Assembly (NCBI GenBank): GCA_951406725.2
Contig: OX597822.1
Coordinates: forward strand, 108,190,001 to 108,254,000
DNA length: 64,000 nucleotides
DNA from: Octopus vulgaris
Taxonomy: Eukaryota
Direction: 5' to 3'
Under the pieces are notes generated by a model that was not told where the DNA came from, ran no database searches, and saw only the letters and a list, made by a program, of their open reading frames with translations. Shown piece after piece: positions 1-12,216 of this stretch. The stretch's first letter is position 1. Every line of letters starts with the position of its first letter. A program made the position numbers and the translations under genes.

Positions 1-603
1 ATTTTTTCTATTTAGATATTTTCCTAATTTACGTGTTGTGTTCTGTTTATCTTCACAACATTTAAGTAAAAGTGAAAATACTTTAAATTAATAAGATGTA
101 GCCTGCTAAGGAATGTAATCTCTAGAGACCGCGGAGAGATAAGGTAAATAAATACGATTTCCCTTTCACTACTGACATATGAATAACACCATAGTATAAT
201 GATTCGGTTGCTGTGATATATCACTTTTAACAAATATATTATTTTTCTCGTCTAGCTTCACTTTATCAGGTGAAAACTTTACGGTTCTCTAAGAACATAC
301 TTACACTATTTTGTACAGAATATAAAACGTATTATAATTATTGATTTCTTGACAGTTTTCACGAAATCTCTTCCATTTAATTATATTTTCGGGGAGTTGT
401 TAGGGCTAATAATCTTTTAACAAAATCTCACAGAAAGTTATTGTCTCACTATAATGAATCAGTTATTATAATGCTGAGGCATGGGTACAATTTCTTATAT
501 TTGAACAGCCTCTTAAAAGATTAGCAAAGAGACACTACACTGACGTTACATATATTTTCGCTAGTTTAGATTTTTGTATTTTACACACAAGGGAGATTAT
601 ATT

Positions 604-690
604 TGTTATCACTTAGTCTGATGAAATTACAGAAAGGCTCTGGAGTCAATAAAATCGGCTGTACATTTCTGTTATAAACCCGTGATAAAT
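604..690 (+). ncRNA. Decayed hammerhead-like motif (probable PLE pLTR relic)
   Basis: CTGATGA at 618-624; ACAGAAA/TTTCTGT could form stem II; GAAA reads TAAA. A related TTAGTCT(G)ATGAAATTACAG occurs on the minus strand near 33620-33650. Confidence 0.3.
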
Positions 691-1189
691 TTTTAAATTT
701 TTAACACAAATCTCCAATTATATATTCTTCAGAAAATACTAGCATTGTTAAGATATCAGACCTTTTCTGCTTCATGTGTAAGATTTTAGTTGATGTAAAA
801 TAAAAGCTCTCCGTATAGCGAAGGCAAAGGTGGTAGTGTAAATTCAAAAGTTTTTGAGAATTGCATAAGCTTCTTCGGAGAAATATATTCTTCGGAATCA
901 ATATTTGATCTAAGGTTACAATTTCCTTCTCATCTGGATTTGTTAAGGACATTTGCTACTAAAAGGTCAAATAATGGATAAAGCTGTAGCCTGTATAATA
1001 TAGTAGCGTGATAGCTGCTGAAACGTGAAAGATATTTATGAACTTATGAAATGTTGAGTACTCGTCACATTTGTATTTCATATGAGTGAAAGGTAGAAAA
1101 CATCTGTTTTCAGTTACTTGTGATTCTGACAACATACTGCCAACGAGGATGCTTCTTCGCGACTGTTGACTTATTCCCTCTCACTCTCT

Positions 1190-1276
1190 AACACACACAC
1201 ACGCACACACACACACACGCACACACACACACACACGCACACACACACACACACGCACACACACACACGCACACAC
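1190..1276. repeat. (CA)n microsatellite with periodic CG interruptions
   Basis: Read directly. Confidence 0.95.
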
Positions 1277-3269
1277 TGACATGACTTTCTACTGGTTGCA
1301 AAGTTTTCAAAATGCATCATACGAACATAAATTGTCTTGCGTGTCTTTTTGGCGGAATCTCAGAGTAAAGACGCGTGAAATACATCTGTATCTAATGCTG
1401 ATTGTTTTTCTTAAGCAACAATGACAAAAGCAGAATTAACATCAGCAGCATTAACAGCAGCAACAGGAACAATAAAAGTAATAACAACCGCTTCTTACGG
1501 TTCTCTCATATACCAAATAGATTTCAACAAAAATATTGCCCTTATTAGTCAACTATGTATGGTAAAGGAGGAGAAGGTAATTAGAGGGGTAGAAATCCGG
1601 TACTCATATACGGCTTATGATGCTTATTCGCCACCGTTGACTCTCTCTCTGTCACGCACTAACTCACACATCGGGTGCTGGAATCAAACATTAACCTTGT
1701 GATATTGAGCACAGTACCGTGAGCCTAGAATCTTCATCATAAGAACGTTATTTATCAAAATACTAAATTTCGGTAAAAAAAAAAAATGCTATGGATAGAA
1801 TCCCATTATGTAGATTTAGATGTATGGTTACATCTATTAACAAATAAGTTATTTAAATGAACAATAACACAGTGTAACAATATTTTTCTCTCTTTGGTCA
1901 GTAAGTGTTATTTTCTGTCTACTTCTATCTAGAAATCAAAGGTATATAAGATCAATTACATTTATTAATTTATATTTGTATTCATACGTTACATCATCAT
2001 AAAATCAACGCTCTTCAGGTAATATTTTAAACATGTATCAAACAGGTGAGGTAATAGCTCGATCTTGATGTATACAGCCATCGTTGGTGGTTAAGTGGTA
2101 TTTTAAAAATAACATGCGTATTTATAGAGAAATTTGTAGTGGCTTGTGACATATTGTACCGTGCTCAACTTTATGAAAGGCTATTACAAAGGCGAGGTGT
2201 ATCATGTCCACATTTGAGTTGTTGACCAACTGCTTCAAGTCGTAATACTGTAAGAGCTGTCAGGTAGCTTTCACCTATTCGAAAACCATGCTAGGATTAA
2301 TACACCAAAGTAAGACACAATTCTACATATATATATATGAATAACATAGTTGTTTCGAGATTTCTAGAAAGCACGATAAGTGCACTCCGCCAATAATTTT
2401 ATGAAAAATAGTTCTTACAAAGATTTATGTATGTTCAATGTGTGTGTGGAGGGGTGTCTACGTGGGTGTCTTTGTGTTTGCCCCGAGCACACACTTGACA
2501 GCATGTGCTGAAATGTTTATATGTATGTAATATAGTTGTACTGTAAAACTAACCGATAAAAGTGGCAGCAATTTAAAACTAAGTACGGGGGTTGAAAGAA
2601 AGAAAGGAACTAAAATTAATGTGTGAGTATGTGTATATGTGTGTGTGTGATATTTTTCTTGAGAATGAACGTCTTTACAGAAATTATAGCACTGCCATAT
2701 CAAATTTGATACGTCGTTTCGAGAATGGCTAATGCTATACAGATACATATTCCTGATTAAATAGTCTTAAAAGAACATTTCCAAAAACAGACAACAAACA
2801 GTTTAACTGAGATAAAAATTCAGAAAAGATATAGATTCCAAATGAAAATATGTCAGAACGCAAAATGGTTGTTTTTGTGTCGATGGTAAGTAAATATATT
2901 TATATTTATTTTTTTTTTGTAATAAATATCGTCCCAAAACATGGGAAAATGAAATAACTTAGGGCAGTTGGTTTAAAATTAATGTATAAAAACACAGGCG
3001 ATACCATTTCGTTTTAGTGTCTTACAATCCGAGAAAATGCAAGCTTGCATACAAAAACAAAAGAGTTCTTTATGATATGCAAGATAAAAAGTAAGTGAAA
3101 CACTAAGTAGAAGAATGTATAGTGTGTTTCCTATATGTTATGTACTGCTTATTAACACGACATTGTGAACTGTCACAAGCTTAATGATTTTTCTATTGAG
3201 TGGCTTAGAGAATGAAATTACTGTAAAAATAAACTGCCATGCAGGAAGTAAAAAAGTATCGTGTGAAAG

Positions 3270-4060
3270 CGGGGAAATATGTCTTCGTAACAGACATTAT
3301 TGTCTGTCGTCGTCAGGTTGGTTTTACGATAAATTAAATTAAGTCAACGACTACGAGTCAGAAGACGCTTTTTTTTATTCTAGCAGAACCATTTAAAATG
3401 CCTAAAAATATCAGAGTGAAATAGTAGTTTCAAGATAGAATAAGTGAGAGAACAATAACATTTGAATGTTCTTTTAATAGCTTCCATTCAAATACCGAAA
3501 ATAGCCGGCAAATCTTCGCGTGCTTGGTACGTCTGATATAGAGAGACGCTGCTGTTCTGAGCATTTAAGAACAGGTTGCTCTGTTGGTATTGTGAAGGTG
3601 GCTGTAGTGGATAGATATTTTCAAAATTAACCGGTGCTGAAAGACGGTTCGTAGAAGAAAGCTAGAATTAGAATGGTGTGGCATCTAAATAGGATTTTAG
3701 GAGGTTTCTTTGCTGTGGTGTATAGTTATAAAATGGAGACTTTGAGGCTTTCTGATTCACTGCACTAAAGTATCTCCTAGCAACGAGACAACGTTAAATG
3801 ACGTAGTTTGTTCTTTGCGTCTTTAGGGGTCAACAAAATACAAGGTAAACAATATCCGCCGTTAGGTTGTAACCTGTAAAGAGGCCTGCTCCATTAACAA
3901 ATATTTGGAGATAAAATAGATATTATGGAAAAATATATCAGAAAACAAACGATGTATCGATTAAAAGTTCATTCATAGGAAAGAGTAGTCTGTTTCAAAA
4001 ATATCAGCTGCGATACGAGCTATTCAGACTCCATTCATACACCCTATCGAAATATGCACA
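3270..4060 (-). mobile_element. Highly decayed Penelope-like element (GIY-YIG/RT relic) with hammerhead relic
   Basis: Minus strand near 3500-3555 resembles the decayed C.SLYIG.T..R...RF.EH GIY-YIG motif. Downstream in sense (3275-3320): CTGACGA, GACAGACA/TGTCTGTT hairpin, then ACGAAG. Confidence 0.4.
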
Positions 4061-4087
4061 CACATGGGCGGACAAAAACACACACGC

Positions 4088-4156
<69 letters not shown>

Positions 4157-4374
4157 TATACAAACACGGATGCAGCACGGATTTTTGTCAGTGAACAGTT
4201 CGCGGATTTTAGCGACGAAAATATTTTGTCAAATTAAACTTAAACGTTGAAGTGAATCGAACGGCTTTTGTGTTTTTCTTAAATGGCTTACAAACATCTT
4301 CCACGCTGCAATTGTTTTCGTTTCAGCACACGATCTCAGATCAAATCACTTGCTATGCGAGTACATCTCCAATA

Positions 4375-4425
<51 letters not shown>

Positions 4426-4584
4426 GAATTCATATACATACACGCATACATAGATACATATGATGGATTAAATGCTTTGGTTGAACAAAATACGAGAACA
4501 AAGGTTCGGAAAATTTCATAAAAACACCAAACACACAAACACACACACACATATATATATTTGCGAATTCATATACATAAACAC

Positions 4585-4639
<55 letters not shown>

Positions 4640-4641
4640 CA

Positions 4642-4672
<31 letters not shown>

Positions 4673-5049
4673 GCATACGTAGAACAAGGACCAAAAGAAA
4701 TTGACGCGGAATCGCCAAAACTCAACATAAGATCTTTTAGGCGAAGAGATGTGTGTGCACCGAGAGCTCTATCAATACACCAACTCAACCACATATATTC
4801 AAAGACCGACAAATCTCGTAATTCAAAATCTATTGCTTGCTTTGTTAGAAATCAACCTTTATATCTCCAAATACAACCACACTCACGCACGTACACACAC
4901 ACACGCGTACACACACATACATTATCAACAGTTTGAGTACTGTTGAACGATATCATTTATTTAAAATAATCACAGAACTGCACTTAAAATTCCTGCGTTC
5001 TTAATCCTAACTTCATAGTTCGTATAGTGATACATACATATCAATCAAT

Positions 5050-5072
5050 ATATCTATATATCTGTATGTCTG

Positions 5073-5128
<56 letters not shown>

Positions 5129-5129
5129 A

Positions 5130-5214
<85 letters not shown>

Positions 5215-5223
5215 ATATATATA

Positions 5224-5263
<40 letters not shown>
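5050..5263. repeat. Compound (CTAT)n-(TA)n microsatellite
   Basis: Read directly; left flank of the palindromic PLE. Confidence 0.95.
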
Positions 5264-5266
<3 letters not shown>

Positions 5267-5362
5267 ATAAAACGGTAAGATAACAAAAGAAAGAAAGAGA
5301 CCTCAATATTATGTAAATAGAGGAAATTTATCTATACAATATGTTACATTACTCGGTAGTCA

Positions 5363-5425
5363 AGATAAAACTCTGAGTTTCAGATGCCGAAGTGGAAATC
5401 CACAACACCATCTCTTCGGTTATCT
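5363..5425 (-). ncRNA. Hammerhead ribozyme motif (left arm, variant core CCGAAGA)
   Basis: Reverse complement of 7359-7421. Confidence 0.65.
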
Positions 5426-5619
5426 GGCTATTTGAAAACGTTATGAAAAAATACCGTTAAAAATGAAGGGAAATTACTCTGTTATAACTCTGCTTTGCCT
5501 GCGTACTTATACATCGCTCGCATTTTTCGTCATAAAAATTATATAAAAATACATAAAAATATATAAAAATATATATAAATATATAAAATCTTCTTGGGAC
5601 ATAACACAGAAAGCATGTT

Positions 5620-6090
5620 CTATCCGTTTTCTTTAGGGGACCAAAAACGTAACAGAAATTTAGTCACATGTGGGCATGATCCGAAAAGCTCTGTCCTTGT
5701 ATTTAGACATGTGGTAGGGTCTAAGCTGCTTTTCCAGATAAGCCATCTCTCCATGTCGCATAAACTTCACCTTCCGCTGCCGTTAGTGTAGGGCTTACAT
5801 CTGGCCAAAATCTTCCATTGTATGTTATAATCGACACCTTTATCTCTTAAAGACCAAATATGATTGGATAATTGTGTCGCTTTTCTTTTGTTCCAGTGCC
5901 TAAAGCTCAAAGTGTGGTTATTGAACCTGGCCTTGAAATTACCCTCTGTCAGGCCCACGTATTTCTTCGTCGAAACGGTGTCTTTAGTGGTTATAGAGTT
6001 TACGGTAGCTTCATGTACGATGGTCTTGGACATGCAAGCTCCATTTAGCGGGCACAATTCTTTATTCCTGCATGAACAGCTGTTTTCTTC
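5620..6090 (-). pseudogene. PLE GIY-YIG endonuclease with CxxC insertion
   Basis: VHEATV..KKYVGLTEGNFKARFNNH..TQLSNHIW..WKIL..; TGA at 5767-5769, then LCDMERWLI..LNTRTEL..CPH. Confidence 0.88.
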
Positions 6091-6835
6091 TTGTGTTTTT
6101 TGTATGTTATGATTATGTTTTTAAAATTGGTAGTTGAACTAAAACTAATTTTTAAATTGTGTCTATTGAAGAGTTTCCTATAAGCATGGTTAATTGGAAA
6201 GTGTCTATCTATCAGTGCTAGGAAATATTTACCTATATTGAAGGCCACCTCGGGTGAGTAAGGGGGCGTAAACCAGATGACCTTCCTATTTCTATTATTC
6301 CTTTTCCTTACTGTTGGGCTGGTGATAGGTGTATATTTTATTTTTTCGCTAAAACCACTATCTTTTAAAGCTTTATTATAAACTGGGGCAACGCTATTGA
6401 AGATATCCTCATTAGATGAGAGGCTAGAAATCCTCTTACTAATATTTTTAACTAAATTTTTGAATACTATAGGGGGATGGCATGAACCTACATTAATATA
6501 ACTTAGTCTATCATTGGGCTTCCTATAAGGCTTATAAATATTATTATTAAGATCTAAGGAAACGTCTAAGAAATTGACAACCGTCAGGTTAGTGTCTATA
6601 GTTATAGTAAGTCCGAAGTGTTTCATTAACTGGATAATATCCTTCCTAAAACGATCTTGTGCTGGTCCATTTGTATTAGCTGTTAAGGCGAGGGCATCAT
6701 CTTTGTAGATGGCGAAATGTACGTTAGGGAATGTCTTACCGAAGGTATCTAGGAGAAAGAGTCCAATTAGATCACAGATGCCTGCCCCATCATATGAACC
6801 CATGCTCACATCGAAAGCGCCCTCCGTGTCGGTGT
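6045..6835 (-). pseudogene. PLE reverse transcriptase C-terminal half and thumb
   Basis: 254-aa ORF with MGSYDGA, YKDD, FLDVSLDL, YKPYRKPN, HPP and WFTPPYS; frameshifted relative to the endonuclease near 6100. Confidence 0.9.
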
Positions 6836-7358
6836 TTTTTCAATAACCACACTTTGAGCTTTAGGCACTGGAACAAAAGAAAAGCGACACAATTATCCAA
6901 TCATATTTGGTCTATTCTATTTCTCTTTGGTCTTTAAGAGATAAAGGTGTCGATTATAACATACAATGGAAGATTTTGGCCATATGTAAGCCCTACACTA
7001 ACGGCAGCGGAAGGTGCGGTTTATGCGACATGGAGAGATGGCTTATCTGGAAAAGCAGCTTAGACCCTACCACATGTCTAAATACAAGGACAGAGCTTTT
7101 CGGATCATGCCCACATGTGACTAAATTTCTGTTACGTTTTTGGTTCCCTAAAGAAAACGGATAGAACATGCTTTCTGTGTTATGTCCCAAGAAGATTTTA
7201 TATATTTTTATATATTTTTATATATTTTTATGTATTTTTATATAATTTTTATGACGAAAAATGCGAGCGATGTATAAGTACGCAGGCAAAGCAGAGTTAT
7301 AACAGAGTAATTTCCCTTCATTTTTAACGGTATTTTTCCATAACGTTTTCAAATAGCC

Positions 7359-7421
7359 AGATAACCGAAGAGATGGTGTTGTGGATTTCCACTTCGGCAT
7401 CTGAAACTCAGAGTTTTATCT
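7359..7421 (+). ncRNA. Hammerhead ribozyme motif (right arm)
   Basis: Stem I AGATAA/TTATCT; core CCGAAGA; stem II GATG..GTGGA-TT-TCCAC..CATC plus an extra T; GAAA; near-palindromic stem III CTC-A-GAG; GUU site. Confidence 0.65.
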
Positions 7422-7455
7422 TGACTACCGAGTAATGTAACATATTGTATAGATA

Positions 7456-7592
<137 letters not shown>

Positions 7593-7593
7593 C

Positions 7594-9446
7594 TACGTAT
7601 TGACTCTTGAGCCACTACTGCGGAAGCTGGCGACTCTAAGGGGCATCCCGCGAGAATTGGGATGCGGGACGAGCGTGTCTGCATACGCGGACGACGTCAC
7701 CGTCATAGTGTCTAGCCACGAGCACATCGAGCTGGTCGGCGAGACACTGAAAAACTACGAAGCGGTGACAGGAGCGAAAATCAACCGGGAAAAGTCAGTG
7801 GGCTTGCGACTAGGCACCTGGAGAAGCAAGCCCATGCCGTCCACTAGCGCCTCCGTTGTGGGACGCTGGACCGACGGCCCGGTTGAGTTGCTCGGGGTCT
7901 GGTTTGGTCCGGACCTCCAAGTGGAGAAGAACTGGAACGAGATAACGAGTAGGGTGGTCACTCTCGCCCGGCAATGGGCCGAGAGGAAACTGTCCCTAAA
8001 AGGTCGAGCGGAGGTGGCGAACACGTACATCGCGTCCGTCATCTACTACCGCCTGACCGTCGTACCTTGTCCCGACCCTACCATCACCAAACTACAACGC
8101 ATCCTCTTTCGCTTTTTGTGGAAAGGATGCGTCCCGATGGTCAGGCGATCCATTTGCTGTCAACACCCGTTAAAAGGAGGGCTGGGCATGCCGTGGTTGA
8201 TGATGCGCAGACACGCGCTGAGACTGCGACATCTCTGGCTCTATGTAGACGACGGTGAACAGGTGTGGTCGCCGTTTGTGAGGCACGCTTTCCCGCAGCT
8301 CGTCCCATGACCGAACTGCAGTCGTGGATCAAAAAGAGGCCGAGGAAGGGCGAATGGCACCGCGAGTGTCGCGTTGCTCTCAAGCAACTCTGCCGTCCTG
8401 GGTCGACCTTAAGTGACTTCAACACAACCAAAGCATTCTATAGGGGTTTAGTGGAGGGGAGGTACGACGACGAGCTCGGGGCGAACCTGGACGTCGACGA
8501 GGAGTACCTGACCCGCCTGTTCAGGACGACTTTCGGGCCAGGGCCCATGGACAACTTCCAGAGATCCCTGGCCTGGCAGTGCTACCGAGAAGCGCTACCC
8601 GTTCGGGATAAGCTCTACAGACACGGCTCGAGAAACACGGGGCCGACCTGCCCGAGATGCGGTCAGAGCGACGAAACCGTTCTGCACGCACTCGTTCAGT
8701 GTCCAACAATTTCCGACCTGTGGGCTTGTGTCGAACAACTGCTGTCACGTGTGGGACGAGTCGGTTTATCAGCTGAGTCTATCGTCAATATTGTCACGCC
8801 TCCTTCCTTCAAACGGGAAGGAAGAGCTATCTTCATCATCCTTGTGGCTATGGCGAAAGAATGTATCTGGTGGACGCGTCTGAAAGGATTGGAGACAAAC
8901 ACTTTCCTCTCTGGTCAATCTCTCATCAACTTCTTCAAGTACCACTTGAAAAGGAAAGTGAGAGTAGAGAGGCAAGTTTTGTCTAGCGAATGTTTTAAAA
9001 AAAGATGGGTGAATGTAGCAAGAATGGCACGTATGAATGACGAAGCCACCTTGAGCATAGTCCTATGAACCCAGAAATCGAAAACAGAGAGTTGCTTATT
9101 TGCAAAAAAAAAAAAAAAAAAAAAAAGAAATATAAAATGTGACTTCATTGACCGAGTTTACCGTGGTCTTTTCCGTAGGCTTTTCTTTCCACGGGTAAAC
9201 CTCACCTGTCCTCCCCTTTACACTTCATATTGACATTTCTGTGATAACGATCCCTATTGATCAATTTTTTTCCCTCCCCCCTTTTTTTCCCCCCCCTTTT
9301 TTGTCCTCTTTCTCTCCTTTTACGATCCCTTTTGATCGAAACTCCCCCCTTTTTTTTTTTTTTTTTTTTTCTAACCCTTCAAAAGAAAAGCTCTACCTTG
9401 TAATTTGTTCTATCTGTGTGCAGCCCGGTGTGGCTAATAAAGAAAC
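7594..9446 (+). mobile_element. L1/Tx1-clade LINE, 5'-truncated (RT C-terminus, zinc finger, 3' UTR)
   Basis: YVLTLEPLL, AYADD, GAKINREKS, LLGV, LSLKGR, GGLG; frameshift near 8300; CPRC..ETVLHALVQC zinc finger; AATAAA at 9436; 5' junction in (CTAT)n. Confidence 0.9.
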
Positions 9447-9737
9447 ATATCTTTCATGCACGCGCACACACACACACAAACAGACACACTATCTTCCTCT
9501 CTCTTTCTCTCTCACAGTATTTCTTTGACAACAACAAACTTTTCTCCTCCCTTCTTTTATTCAACGTAAGATTTTAACGTCCGTACTGCGTTTTCTATAT
9601 ACTGAAAGACACATAAACATACACACGGAGACACACACACACGCACGTGCGCGCTCACACATACACACACCCTTGATACAACTCTTATTCTATTTCTCTT
9701 TTAACTTCCCTTTTTTTCCCTTCGCTCTATTGGATGT

Positions 9738-9772
<35 letters not shown>

Positions 9773-9811
9773 TTATATATGTGTGTGTGTGTGTGTGTAT
9801 GTCTGTATGTC

Positions 9812-9858
<47 letters not shown>

Positions 9859-10175
9859 CACATTAAATTCATAATATATCGACTTTGACATATACACATG
9901 CACGCACAAAACACAAATACGCGTCCCTTCACCGCATATTCACACTGTATTCCGCACGTTAAAACACTTAGAGCAGAGTCCTCCTCTGCACAAAATCAGA
10001 AGGTATTTTCTTAGTCGGAATGAGATTTTTTCGCCTAGATTTCTTCTGTGAAATTTGAACTGGATATCAACGATAACATGAACATTTGCGGATAAGCTAA
10101 ACAAAAATTCGCGCTAAATTCTAAGGGTTGATGCCAAAGTATTATACATGACTTATAGCGATAAGAAGCTCACCA

Positions 10176-10221
<46 letters not shown>

Positions 10222-10225
10222 TGCA

Positions 10226-10270
<45 letters not shown>

Positions 10271-10274
<4 letters not shown>

Positions 10275-10866
10275 TAACAATTGAGTATAAAATCTTTAAA
10301 AGAAATTATCAGTAGTCTGCGTGAAAAACCTCGTAAGAGAAAAAAATCCGTAAATTCTTCCTCTTTTGAAAATATTCATTTATATTATATTGAGGGTACT
10401 ACTATTCGTAGATACCAACACGCTAAGAGGGACCAATGCGGTCAAAACTACTAAAAATAAACAAAATTTTACCGAATGCAAAACTTCAAAACACATCATT
10501 TTAGATGTCTATTCCGAATAGACAATTTGGTACCGAAATGCATTGCGAATGAGCCCGCCATTTTCATAGATATGTAAAGATAAACATTCGGACATGCTAC
10601 GACGAATTCTACGGTTGGCTATCGAGCTTGTAATGTTATGTTTTTCTATTATATTTCTTGAGTTTGTTGCAGTGATGAACATAGAAATGCATATTCTGCA
10701 TTTAAATGCGAAATCACATGTGGTATGTAACTGAATTCTTTTTTAAAATGATGTGTTTTCAAGTTTTGCATTCGGTAAAATTTTGTTTATTTTTAGTAGT
10801 TTTGACCGCATTGGTCCCTCTTAGCGTGTTGGTATCTACGAATAGTAGTACCCTCAATATAATATA
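10271..10866. mobile_element. Short fold-back element, probably PLE pLTR-derived
   Basis: Arms 10381-10503 and 10744-10866 (~123 bp, near-perfect); hammerhead in the spacer; (TA)n on both sides. Confidence 0.75.
10666..10731 (+). ncRNA. Hammerhead ribozyme motif (first core base mutated)
   Basis: Stem I GTTGCA/TGTAAC; GTGATGA; stem II CAT..AAATGCA/TGCATTT..ATG; GAAA; near-palindromic stem III TCACATGTGG; GUA site. Confidence 0.7.
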
Positions 10867-10876
10867 TATATATATA

Positions 10877-11554
10877 TTAGGTTGTTTCTCATAAAATGTC
10901 ATATGCTGCTGTTACTGTTTCTCCATGTTGCAAAAATGAATGAATAACTCCCTTTGCAGACCACCATACAGTGACCATTAATTTTTAAGGGTGCAATGGT
11001 AGGTTTGGGTAGTTCTTAGGTGACTTTATGATTTTCCTGTATCTAATCTATGTCCTGTTCTCCTACTGTATTCAAAGACTATCCATTTATCGTCACAAGT
11101 AAACATTTGATGCAAAAATGATATTTTTTCAGTCGAGAAAGCAATAAGGAGCACACTTCGAGGTGTCTGAAATTTTGAATGCCGTTCATGTGATGTCTGT
11201 TTTTTGGACTTTTCCAATATTTTACATCTGTCAAAAAACAGTTTTGCGATATATTTGATATATCTGGAGTTCTGATGAAAGTTTTCGAAACCTTTGTTCT
11301 CGGATTTTGTTCAACCAAAGCATTTCATCCATCATGCCAAATAACTAATTTTCGCCTACCCCTTGGTTTATTTTCAAGGCTATCATCTCCTGAACGAGAG
11401 TTTTGGAACAATCTCTGAACAGTTCTGATGTCAACCAGTACCAAAGGCCACCAGATATTCCATAGAGGTTCTGCGTCAGAGCGATCTAGTTTGCAATCAT
11501 ACGAGAAAACACTCAATATTAAATGCAAAGTATACATAATGTGGAACAACCTAA
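10877..11554 (-). mobile_element. Internally deleted mariner transposon
   Basis: TIRs TTAGGTTGTT at both ends with TA flanks; transposase relics RTVQRLFQ..SGDDSLENKPR, FLHQMFTCDDKWI and MVTVWWSA. Confidence 0.85.
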
Positions 11555-11564
11555 TATACATACA

Positions 11565-11628
<64 letters not shown>

Positions 11629-11630
<2 letters not shown>

Positions 11631-12046
11631 CGTAGGAGTGACTGTGTGGTAAGTAGCTTGCTTACGAACCACATGGTTCCGGGTTCAGTCCCACTGCGTG
11701 GCACCTTGGGTAAGTGTATTCTGCTATAGCCTCGGGCCGACCAAAGCCTTGTGAGTGGATTTGGTAGACGGAAACTGAAAGAAGCCCGTCGTATACATGT
11801 ATATATATATATATATATGTTTGTGCGTGTTTGTGTGTCTGTATTTGTCCTCCCAACATCGCTTGACAACCGATGCTGGTGTGTTTACGTCCCTGTAACT
11901 TAGCAGTTCGGCAAAAAAGAGACCGATAAAATAAGTACTAGGCTTACAAAGAATATGTCCTGGGGTCGATTTGATCGACTAAAGGCGGTGCTCCAGCATG
12001 GCCACAGTCACATGACTGAAAGAAGTAAAAGAGTGAAAGAGAAAAG

Positions 12047-12047
<1 letters not shown>
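11629..12047 (+). mobile_element. tRNA-derived SINE, family A, full length
   Basis: Box A-like TGACTGTGTGGTAAG; box B-like GGTTCAGTCCC; internal (TA)/(TG) tract; LINE-like 3' tail GGCGGTGCTCCAGCATGGCCACAG; other copies in the window. Confidence 0.9.
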
Positions 12048-12079
<32 letters not shown>

Positions 12080-12136
12080 TTAGTGAATTGAAGAAATGGA
12101 GTTGAACGAAGATTGAACAGAAATCCTTTTATTGCA

Positions 12137-12216
12137 TTCTACACGTGTTTCGAAAGCCACAATTTACCAAATTCCGATTGAATAAGGAGACCGTATTGTG
12201 TCTTTCTCTTCAGGAA
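12137..12216 (-). ncRNA. Minimal hammerhead ribozyme (left arm)
   Basis: Reverse complement of 13246-13325. Confidence 0.75.

Larger units (their letters stand above)
5264..7455 (-). mobile_element. Penelope-like element (Naiad/Neptune-type), 5'-truncated, with inverted duplication of its 3' end
   Basis: Arms 5329-5925 and 6839-7455 are near-identical reverse complements. RT motifs FDVSMGSYDGA, IYKDD and FLDV; CSC..CPLNGAC linker; GIY-YIG YVGLTEGNFKARFNNH; (TA)n on both sides. Confidence 0.92.

Noticed and set aside
7240-7310. SECIS element (ATGAC...GA) downstream of the PLE ORF
   Set aside because: No convincing ~11-12 bp helix II with apical AA could be built by eye.
5329-7455. DNA transposon with long TIRs
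   Set aside because: The arms contain PLE endonuclease coding sequence and hammerheads, are asymmetric, and enclose RT rather than a transposase.
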